Source: Zygnema circumcarinatum SAG 698-1b
Taxonomy: Eukaryota > Plantae > Zygnematophyceae
DNA: 64,000 nucleotides
Assembly: GCA_037447605.1 (NCBI GenBank)
Contig: CM074808.1
Coordinates: 3,844,001 to 3,908,000 of the forward strand
Direction of reading: 5' to 3'
Below, piece by piece: positions 12,401 through 22,332 of the stretch (within the stretch, counting starts at the first letter, position 1; every line of letters begins with the position of its first letter). A program made the translations under genes and the position numbers. The notes beneath the pieces were generated by a model. It saw nothing but the letters and a program-made list of their open reading frames with translations, had not been told where the DNA came from and made no database searches.

Positions 12401-12963
12401 CATGTAACGCCGTAAACAGAATGAAATCTATGCCTATCTATCTGCATCTTACGTCTTCCAAATTCGGAAAATTTCGAAACCTGGTCCCTAATTCAACCCT
12501 TACCCTCCTTCAACCCTTACCCTAATCCAACCCTGAACCCTAATCCAACCCTAAACCCTCCTTCAACCCTAACCCTAATCCAACCCTAACCCTAATCCAA
12601 CCCGAACCCTAATCCAACCCTAACCCAACCATCCTTTCCTTTCCTCCCTCACAGATCTGCACCTTGCCCTACAGCCCCCAAATATTCGGCGCCAACGGCT
12701 GCTCCCGCAACGCCTGCACGGACCCTAAGTATACGAAAAACCCTAAAAAAGCCACCCCCATCACCATCCGCGGCCCTGGCCAGAGCTGCCTGAAGGCCGC
12801 GTACTCCCCCGCCTTCCGCTGCAACCTCAACATCTTCACCTGCCTCAACCAGGGCCAGGTCTGCAACGCGCGGACGGAGCTGCTGGGCCGCGCGGTCTGC
12901 GCGCCCACGCAGAAGTACGTTCCCAAGGATAAAAAATTCGCCAACCAATGCAAGAAGAGGTAG
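448..12963 (+). CDS. Secreted multidomain protein A: SP - CBM14-like - acidic/PPGxGK repeats - CBM14-like - papain C1A protease - Pro/Ser stalk - EGF x2 - LysM x3-4 (multi-exon)
   Basis: Phase-compatible GT-AG exons: 448-699, 1274-1365, 1997-~3101, 3292-3362, 3510-3702, 3881-4076, 4199-4446, ~4639-4770, 4965-~5253, 5469-9349, 9490-9639, 9820-9865, 10343-10443, 10631-10752, 10959-11078, 11444-11581, 12103-12279, 12655-12963. Motifs: hydrophobic [13 protein letters not shown]; [36 protein letters not shown]; [33 protein letters not shown]; 6-Cys EGF units; YTV..LTCSEIA..LLSLNP. The first intron and the extreme 3-prime end are less certain, and the stalk exon carries a net frameshift in this assembly. 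Confidence 0.8.
2198..2282 (+). repeat. GAG microsatellite encoding a poly-Glu tract in gene A
   Basis: (gag)n run in frame within the 1997-3101 exon: [18 protein letters not shown]... Confidence 0.85.
2493..2805 (+). repeat. 21-bp coding tandem repeat, about 15 copies of the heptad (R/H)PPG(E/V)GK
   Basis: Unit cgtcccccaggtg(a/t)aggaaaa read directly; translation [28 protein letters not shown]... Confidence 0.9.
3881..5253 (+). other. Papain-like (C1A) catalytic domain of gene A, 4 exons
   Basis: SWR..RYQGTC|DGCWAFS (oxyanion Gln, catalytic Cys), [25 protein letters not shown] (His), [14 protein letters not shown] (Asn). Confidence 0.93.
5469..9349 (+). repeat. ~120-bp (40-aa) Pro/Ser/Thr/Ala tandem array, roughly 20+ copies plus degenerate flanks; extensin/AGP-like stalk exon of gene A
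   Basis: Unit [40 protein letters not shown]. Bounded by acceptor ccttcag| (5468) and donor g|gtaagc (9349). The register switches between reading frames near 7080, 7180 and 7990. Confidence 0.85.
12490..12630. repeat. Degenerate telomere-like repeat (CCCTAA/TCCAA mix) in the last intron of gene A
   Basis: Repeated ccctaatccaaccctaa / aaccct units. Confidence 0.7.
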
Positions 12964-13565
12964 CAGGAACAGGATGGGAATGAATAGGAAATTTTAGGGT
13001 GAGAGGTTTAGGGTTTAGAGTTTAGGGCTTAGGGTTTAGGGTTTGAGCCGTTGGGGGTAAAAATCGGAACTGAAGGAAATTGGGCAATAAAAAGGCGTAC
13101 GTTTCCAAAGAAATTTCGCCAACCAATGCAAGAAAAGGCAGGTAGGTCCCACATTGGAAATATTTTTTGAGGGTCTTGGAGCCCTCTGAGTGTAAAATCT
13201 GAAGTTTAGGGGATTTTTTTTCATTTTTATATCAGTGTAAAGTAACGCAAAGTTGGAAATTTTTGCAGATTTGATCCACAATTTGGTTTTTTTTTCAAAG
13301 TTAACCCTTCAGCGCATGAAAACTTGCCAACGACAACCCCACAAAAAAGCTCCCTAGAGTACCCCCCCGATCGGTTCAATCCCAATCCAATGTGAACGCA
13401 AAAAACGATTTCGCCGTTGTCAACCTCCCCGTCAGCACGCTTTCTCAGCCCGCCACGTCAGCACCCTTCTTTGGGCAGCTTCCTCCACAGCTGCCGTTTT
13501 CTGCCAAGTAAAAAGCATACGACAAACAGACAAACCGACAAACCGACAAAAAATACGTCAGAATT

Positions 13566-13977
13566 GTACCTTCTGTACCTTTCACCTTGTCCACATGCAC
13601 TGTTTCTACTAATTCGTACAGTACAGTACGCTTTTGTCCGTACATCATCCAGCTTGTCAAGTTCATTACAGATGGCAAAAAGCCCGTACAATGGACTTTT
13701 AGAGTTCGAGATTTCAGAACTAGAACGTTTTAATATATTAAATTTTCGTAGTTTTGAAACAATTTTAGAACGACCATACGACCGCTGGCATTGAACTGTA
13801 CATACGGTCGTACGGTAGTCGAATTGGCGCTGGCCCTCCTGAAAGGGCATTCATACGACCACCGTATAGCCATTCTAGAAGTGTTTTATAAAACGCTCTG
13901 ACTTTTACAAGCTTTGATTGGAATTCTAATACACACATCCAGCCCATATAGTGCCGTACAATACGTACGGTCCGTAC
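13566..13977. promoter_or_regulatory. GTAC-core cluster (SBP/SPL-type) upstream of GSH1
   Basis: 12 GTAC counted in 412 bp, four of them as CCGTACA, ending about 85 bp before the ATG at 14063. Function is inferred only. Confidence 0.5.
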
Positions 13978-14062
13978 ATCCTGCAGCCCGCCCGCCCAGC
14001 CCTCTCCCCCTCCCTCTCCCACTCCCTCCCCCTCCCTCTCTCTTCCTGACCGAGCGGCAGCC

Positions 14063-17000
14063 ATGGCCGCCGCAGCGTCCTCCTCTCTTGTCGCCCCCAA
14101 CCTCCGCCACGCCCCGATCTCCAGCTCCAGACACGGCCCCAGGCCCCGCCATGGCCTGAAGCTCCAGGCCCACTCCCGCCTCCCCGGCCGCCATGGCGCG
14201 CAGCAGCAGCGCGCCCGCCATGGCACGGTCTGCGCCTCTCCCCCCGCGGAGGAGGTGGGCGTGCGGCAGGAGGCTCTCACACGTGCGGACCTCACGGCGT
14301 ACCTCGCCTCGGGCTGCAAGCCGAGGGAGAACTGGAGGTGGGGGCCGTACAGCTGTACGTCGGCTTTTAGGTTTCAGGGAAGGTGCTAGGGTTAGGGATT
14401 TTAGGGTTGGTGTGTAGGGGTTCAGGACTGACTGTCCTGGGGGGGGGGGGGGGGTTTGNNNNNNNNNNGGGGGGGGGGGGGGGGGTTTGCTTGTGCTGCT
14501 TCTTGAGCTCTCGCTCTCACTTTCTCTCCCTCTCTCTCTCTCTCTCTCCTCTCCGTCTCCCTCTGTGTCTGTCTCAACAAGCTCACTCAACCTGTCTTAT
14601 TTTTTTCGCTTGCAATATCTCTCCCTCTCTCTCTCTCTGTCCCTTCCTTTTCTTGTTCTCTTTCTGCTGCTTTCTTTATTCTTGCCTCTCTCTCTTTCTA
14701 CTCCTCCTTCTCTCCCTCTCCTCCTTCTCTCCCTCTCCTCCTTCTCTCCTTCCTTTGGTCTCCTTTACCTTCCTCGTTTGGTATCGTCTCCCTCTCTCCC
14801 CTCTCCTCCATCTCTTCTCCTTCTCTCCTCCTCTCCTTCTGTTCTCCCTCTCTCTGCTTCTCTCTTCCTCTCTTTTTCTTTCTTTTTTAAATATGGCCAT
14901 GTTATTTCTGAACAACAGTTCCATACAAGTTTAGAGAATTCTAAAGGCCCTGAAAAACTTGAACTTTTTGAACCAGTCAACATTAAAAAGCAAGCCTCCT
15001 TCCTTTCCTGCAACTGCAGCACGCGAAGGTTTCTCGAATTAATTTATTAAATTCTTTATGACTATTGTATTATAAATCTGCAGATTTTTCTGATTTTTTT
15101 CCGGAAAGACGAATGGTAGAGTCTGCTCAACTTGATTTTATAGTTTTAACTTTATCTTTTACTGACAGCCAACGGAGGAAGTGGGCGTTTCCATGCGGTT
15201 TACTGTAATAGAGATAAATAAATGAAAGTAGAATTTATATATTTGCTAAACCATGTTAGATCAAGGAAAACCCATGTTTTACAAAAAATGTGGGGTTGCA
15301 GGATCGGAACCGAGCACGAAAAGTTTGGATACAACCTTGACACTCTCGAGCCCTTGAAATATGAACAGGTAAATTGCCATCGCTACTCTCTCTCTCTCTC
15401 CCTTAGTCTCTCCCTCTCCCTCCCTCAGAACTGTCGGAGAGGGAGGGTAGGGATGTGGCTCTCTTTTTCTCCCCACTGGACCCCCTTGTGTCTCTTTCTT
15501 CCCCCCTCGATTTTCTTGTTCTGTGTCATGCATTTTTCTGGCTTGTTCCCCATCAAGGAGTTATGACACGTTTAATTTAATCAGGTTAGCTTAATTGTTG
15601 CTTTACATCTATTTCTTTGTTTTTCCTTTTCCGGAAATATGCAGATTTCACAGCTTTTGCACACGATTGCGGAACGCTTTGAATGGGACCGTGTTATGGA
15701 GGGAGACAACATCATTGGGCTAAAATTTGTGAGTCTCATCTATCACTCTGTGCCCCCCTCTCTCTCTCTCTCTGCTCCCTGTTCTTCCTGTCTCCCATCA
15801 TCCTCCAATCCCTTCTCCCCCCCTACCCCTCGCCATGCCTCCTCTCGTCCTCCTCCCTACTGCTCCGTCGTCCTCTGCCCCTGCCCCTTTCCCTCTCCCG
15901 TATTCTTCCTCTCTCCCTCCCTTCTACTTTCCCTGTCCATCTCCCTCTTTCACTCTCTACCACTCTCTGTCTCGTTCGCTCTGTCGTCTTATTGCATCAA
16001 ACCACAATTACATGATTTCTTTTGTACTTTTCATTTTCATTTTGCAATTTGGAGACCTGTTAAGTATTTTCAGGAGTTAGGGTTCCCAGGGGAGTTTCTT
16101 CTCCAGATTCTCTTGCCGTTCATTTAGAAAGTAGAAAGGAGCGGACAGGTAGGCCTGCAGTGGAAAGACATAGAATTGACCAATCTTCAGTCGAGTCTCC
16201 TTATCTCTATCCCTTTCTCTCCTCCCCTCTTCCTCTCTTCAACTATCTAACCTTTCACTCACCTAACACCCCTCCATTCCCTTCTCACTCATCATAGTTT
16301 TTCTTTGTCCAAGTCTGCCTTCCAAATCTGCAATCCCTTAACCACTCTCCTCCCTCTTCCTCCCCCACTCTTTCCCTCCCTCCCTCTCCCCTTCTCCCCT
16401 CTCTCCTCTTCTCCCCCTCCCTCCCGTCCTCCCTTTCCCTCCTCCCCCCTTATATTTTCTCCCTCACTCTCCAACCCCCCCCCTTCTCTTCCACTCCCCC
16501 TCCTTTTCTCCCTCCCCCTCCCCTCCACTCCCTCCCTCCCTCTCCCTCCTCCCCCTCTTTCCTCTCCTCTCCATCCCACTCCCCTCCTCCCCCCTCCTTC
16601 CCCCTCTCCCCCCCCCCTCTCTACCCCTCCCCTCTTCCCCCCTCTCTCCTCCCTCCCCTCTCCCCTCCCTCCCTGCCTACCCCTCCCCTCTTCCCCCCTC
16701 TCTCCTCCCTCCCCCTTCCCTCCCCCCTCTCTCCTCTTCTATCCTCTCCTCTTCCCATTCTCCTCCTCCTTCCTTCCTACTCCCCGCCCCTCTCCCTCCC
16801 TCCCCCCACTCCCTCCCTCCCTCCCTCCCTCCCTCCCTTAGGACGGGCAAAACGTCTCCCTCGAGCCCGGAGGGCAGTTCGAGCTGAGCGGCGCCCCACT
16901 TCAGACGGTCCATCAGACGTGTGCGGAAGTGAACAGCCATCTCTACCAGGTCAAGGCGGTGGCGGAGGAGATGAAAATAGGGTTTCTTGGTTTAGGGTTT

Positions 17001-18728
17001 AACCCCCTTCAAGCGCTCCATGAGGTCCCCATCATGCCCAAGGGGCGCTACGCCATCATGCGGAATTACATGCCCAAAGTGGGAACGCTCGGACTCGACA
17101 TGATGTTTAGAACATGCACAGTTCAGGTGAAAATATGAATGAGCCTGAAATATGCAGGATGACTTTGTATGTAATGAGCCTAAAAGGATTTGAAAATTCT
17201 AGAAAATTTGAAGGGTTTTGTCCGGTCGGTGGTTAGGAAGTTTCTTGGATGTTTAGGGTTTCAGAGTTTCAGAGGACGCTTTTGTGCTACATGTTTGATT
17301 TGTTGAAGTCATGCTTCCACTTTTTAGGCACAACGTAGGCTCTCGTCATTCCTTAACTCAGTCGTGAAATCAACTGTATCCCCTCTCCCTCGCCCGCTTC
17401 CTCTCCCTCTTCTATCTCTTTTTTTCGCCCTCTCCTTCTCTCCTTTCCCTCTCCCCTCTCCCCTCGCCTCTCTCCCCTCTCCCCCCCCCCCTCCCTACCC
17501 CTACCCCCACCCCTCACCCCCTTCCTCTCCCTCTCCCTCTTTNNNNNNNNNNCCTCACCCCCTTCCTCTCCCTCTCTCTCCTCCCCTCTCTCTCTCCCCC
17601 CCCCTCTCCCCCCCAGGTGAACCTCGACTTCGAGTCGGAGCAGGACATGGTCGACAAGTTCCGTGCGAGTCTCGCCCTGCAGCCTCTCGCAACGGCTCTG
17701 TTCGCGAGCTCGCCCTTCACGGAGGGGCGGCCCAACGGCTACTTGAGCTACCGGAGCCATATTTGGGAGGACACCGACAATGCGAGAACTGGGGACCTTC
17801 CCTTTGTTTTTCAGCCGGGCTTTGGGTTCGAGGCTTATGTGGACTATGCGCTGAACGTGCCCATGTACTTTGTGTATCGGAACAAAAGGTATATAGACGC
17901 CACGGGGCTCTCTTTTCGTGACTTTATGGAGGGGAGGCTGGCAGTGCTGCCGGGAGAGAGAGCCACTCTCATGGACTGGGAGAATCATCTCACCACAATC
18001 TTCCCGGAGGTGAGGGTCGGCCGACTTTTTTTTTTTTTTTTTTTTTTAGTGAAGGTTTGTTAGTTAGTTAGGTTAGTGTTAGTTGGGTTAGTGAGTCAAA
18101 GTTTATGACAAGAAACTGAGGAACCCCACATCTGAAAGTCTCGTAATAACGGCAAGATTTTGGAATCCCAACACACCAAATCTACAGAAGCCGGAATACC
18201 AAAAACCAGAAAGGCCGAGAAGCCGAGAACGTTGAAACTTTAAACTAGCTAATATTTTATTGTTTTTTTTTTTCAACTTTTTAATAGGGTTTTCCCTTCC
18301 TTTGTCTGTTACAGGTGCGGTTAAAGCGATATATGGAGATGAGGGGGGCGGATGGGGGTCCCTGGAGGAGGCTATGTGCTCTCCCTGCCTTTTGGGTGGG
18401 GCTGTTATATGACCAAACATCGTTACAGGGTTGCCTGGAACTGATTTCTGACTGGACGGACAGGGAACGGGCGATGCTCCGTAAACGCGTGCCAAAGGAA
18501 GGGCTGAAAACTCCGTTCCGTGATGGGCAACTGAAACATGTAGCGCAGGATGTGTTCAAATTGGCTAAGGAAGGGCTGCAGAGGAGGGGATATAAGGAGG
18601 CGTTTTTTTTGAATGACCTTCAACTCACAGTGGAGACGGGAGAGACTCCCGCAGAGAGGCTTTTGGAGCTTTATCGGACCAAGTGGGGAGAGAAAATGGA
18701 GCCCCTTTATAGGGAAATGTCGTACTGA
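14063..18728 (+). CDS. GSH1: Glutamate-cysteine ligase (gamma-glutamylcysteine synthetase), plant type with putative plastid transit peptide, ~505 aa
   Basis: Exons 14063-14337, 15302-15368, 15645-15728, 16842-17126, 17617-18009, 18315-18728 (1518 nt, in frame). Plant GCL motifs [74 protein letters not shown]. The N-terminus is Ser/Ala/Arg-rich. Confidence 0.97.
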
Positions 18729-20007
18729 GGAAAAAAATAGCGAAAAAAAAAAAAAAGAGAAATGCGGGGAGAAAGTGGGGAAGGGGGAGAGAGAGAGAAG
18801 GTGGAAACATGAAGCTGAGAATGAGATGATATATGACATGAGAGGGAAGTGGGAGAAGCTGTGGGGCTCGACAGTGAGAGATAGAGGGGCGAGAGGAGAA
18901 AGAGTGGAAGGTCCACGCTTGGAGGATGACCACATGTACTGAAGGCAACTTCCGTTGCATAGCAGTTAGGTTTTTAATGTATCGTCTCTTAGATGGCGGT
19001 AATTCATTGGTTTTGCAGAAGGTAATGATAGCAATAAAGAGAGGCTTTTGAAAAAATAAACGACGGTTCCATTTGGTGCCGCTTAATGGTACAGCCGTTT
19101 CTCTGTCCGTTGGAGTTTGGAGACTTGGCATTTTGGGCCGCAGGATGCAGCCTCCCTCCGCCTGTCAGAGTGTTGAGGGTTCAGAGGCAGGCGAGCACTC
19201 CTGCCAAGGAGGATGTTTAGTCGGTCGGTCTCTTCTTTTTTAAGTTCAGTTTTACTCATGTATACATGGAACATGCCTCTCCTTCTCCCTCCCCCCTCCC
19301 CCCTCCCTCTCCCTCTCCCCCTCCTGTTCGCTCTCCGTCTCCTGGTCCATCGCAAGCATCCATCCCTCCCTCCCTCCCTCCGCCCCGTCCTTCCTCACTC
19401 ATTATTTCCCTTCCACGAACTCCTCCCGCACGAAGGAAAAACAAGACACTGAAGGATCGTATTAAACACAAAAAAAAAAAATTGGAAGAATAGCGGGAGA
19501 GAGAAGGAAGAGTAGCGAGAGAGGGGAGAGCGAGAGAGGGAGAGGTAGGTAACAGAAAATGAACGACTTTCACATTATTCACACCCAAAGCCGCCTTACT
19601 TTGAAGTAAACCCTAAAAAGCCTCAAGAACGAAAAAGCTCCTACTAACGCCTCCTGCTTCCTGACTTTGAACAGCTTCGAGACTTAACCTTAAACCTTAA
19701 AATCCAGCCCTTAACCCTAAACCTTAAAGCTGCGAATGGTCACATTCACCAAATCGCAAGATACACTTCAACAACGCAAACGTATGACTTGATATGTTAT
19801 CACTACTATACAAATGAACTACTCTTTACATGACATGTGCAATTACCTAACATTGCCTCATATATATGACATGGCGGCACATACAGACAGACTAGAATTC
19901 TTCTATGTCAGTGCACAACCATAGGGCACACGTGTCACTATTTTCTCAACCCTATCCCACGTTGTTTTGTGGTTTTGAAGGATTTTCGCAGAAGCCCGAG
20001 TGCGCCT

Positions 20008-22332
20008 CTACCCTTCGCGGAGGAGCGTCAAGAGAGCCAACGCCTGGAGGAGCAGTACGCGCATGCGGCACGAGTGTTAGAAAGACGATTGGGAGGTAGA
20101 GTGAGAGAAAGCGAGAGAGAGAGAAAGAGAGAGGAAGAGAGTAAGAGAGAGAGAGAGGACAGAGAGGAGAGTGAGAAAGAGAGGGAGAGAGAGGGGGGAG
20201 GGAGGGAGGGAGAGAGAGAGAGAGGGGGAGAGAGGAAGAGAGAGAGAGTTGGAGAGAGAGTGTGGGAGAGAGAGAGTGGGAGAGAGGGAGAGAGAGAGNN
20301 NNNNNNNNAGAGAGAGAGAGAGAGAGAGGTGTGGTGAGGGATGGGGGAGGAGGGTTGCGCATAGATAAACGGGAGAAAGGAGGGAGCGAGGTGGGGGGAG
20401 AAGAAAGTGGGAGAGGGAGAGAGGAGGGAGGGACGAAGGGCGGGGGAGAGAGAGAGAGCGAGTAGGGAGAGTGCGAGGGAGTAGGAGAGTAGTGAGAAGG
20501 AGGAGAGAGGGACAGGGAGGGAGATGGAGAGAGAACGGGGGAGAGTGGGTGTGAGATCGAGTGAGAGAGAGAAAGAGAGAGCGAGAAAAAGAGAGAGAGA
20601 AAGAGGGAAAGAGAGAGAGAGAGACTGTGAGAGAACATGAAGCACACTGCCTCACCTTCGCCCTCCCTCTCCGCGTCCCATTCTCCACCATCTGGAACAG
20701 TCGTGAGAGCAGCACCTCATCCAGCACTCTCTCCCTCCCCTCCCTCCCTCCCTCCGCCACCAAAAGAAGCACCGCCACAGTGTGGGTCATGACTGCTATG
20801 GAGGCCCCCCTATTGAGAAAAGCCGCTATCACCCCAAGGGCTCCCTCATCATGAAGCCTTTTCCGAGCCTCTTTCGACTTCGCTACCACCGAAAGCAGCA
20901 ATAAAACATCCTCCTTCAGCACATCCTCAACCTCCTCATCATCAAGAATTCTAATAATTTCTTCCACACATTTGGATTTAACGATCTCTTCTCGACTCCA
21001 CGGATCTATGGAGAGATTAAAGAGGGTCAAAGCGGCGTCACGTCGCACGCGTAACGCTTCCGTTGACCGTAAAACGTGGACCAATGAGGGAGCGACACCT
21101 GTCTCACATATAGCCACTCTGTTTCCTTCATCTACCGCTAAATTGCACAAAGCTGCTACCGAGATGGCCTGCGCCTTTAAGTTCTGCTTTGACTTAATTT
21201 TTTCTGCAAGTAATTTAATGGCTCCGTTCGACACTAAGGCCGGCCGCAAGTTGCTTTCCACTGCTAGGTTTAAAATCGAAGTGAGGGAGTCTTCTAAAAT
21301 ACTGCCTTCTGAAGAAGAAGCCGTTTGAATCACATAAGGAATGGCTCCCATTCCTGCAATCACTTCCCTTGAAGTCGACGAGCCTTTCGATATTCTCCGA
21401 AGCGCACTCACTATTTTCCGCTGCTCTTCGTTCTGCACTACTCCGCCACATTTTAGGGTTTCTACGCTTTTTAGGCTTCCCAGAAAGTCAACATCTACTT
21501 GGTTTTCTGCCTCTTCCTCTGCTTCCACTTCGCTTAACAGGTCTGGCAACGGTTCCATGCCACCGAGAGAGGTAGCACGCCCCTCCCGAGCTCCCATGGC
21601 TGCCTTCCTCCTCTCCATAATCTGTCTATACATCTGCATCTGTTTGCTCCTCACTCTCAATCTCGTGGGTCCAACCTCCCATGCCACTCCCCCTCTCACT
21701 CCCACTCCCACCCCCTCTCCCTCTCCCTCTCCCACCCCCATCTCCTGCTCCCTCAAAGCCGCGTCCCTCTCCATCGAGCTCGCCTCCTTCACTATTGCCT
21801 TAACCCTAAGTTCCACCTCCGCCGGGTCCGGCAACTCCACCCTGTACCGCTCCGCCCACTCAAAAATCGCCTTCTTCAGCGCTTTGTTCGGAACCATTTT
21901 CAAATCTGGAAGAACAACATTCGTGACGGGACACGTCCTATGCCCCCCTTCAAACCACTGGTCCATGAACGCCCTCTCATAGGTCTGCCCCGACGCCACC
22001 ACTATCGGCTCCACCATGATGTCGAGCGAGAGAGGGCAAACGAAGTCAGGAGGCGGACTGATGTCCTCCTCATCCTCGCCGGACTTTTTGCCGTCGGCGC
22101 TTGCATGCTCAGACTTTTCGTCCCCGGATTTTTCCGCGGCTGCCCGCGCGGCCTCCCACTCCCGCAATATATTGCGGATGTGGGCCTCCCCGAGAACCAC
22201 GAGCGGCCCCGCGCGGTCCGCCGCGGGGCTCAGACACTGCGCCTGCCGGTCGGGGTCGCGGTAAACCAGCGCGTTGAGACGTGTCAGCCGCGGAATGGCC
22301 ACGGGGGGGGGCCGGGGCCGGACCGCGCTCAT
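20008..22332 (-). CDS. U-box/ARM-repeat E3 ubiquitin ligase (PUB-1), ~570 aa
   Basis: Exons 22332-20656 and 20043-20008 (ALALLTLLREG*). U-box PPDFVCPLSLDIMVEPIVVASGQTYER..WFEGGHRTCPVT..MVPNKALKKAIFEW followed by ARM repeats. Confidence 0.93.

Noticed and set aside
19083-19355. 90-aa minus-strand ORF downstream of PUB-1
   Set aside because: No recognisable motif and half of it is microsatellite; probably 3-prime UTR or intergenic.
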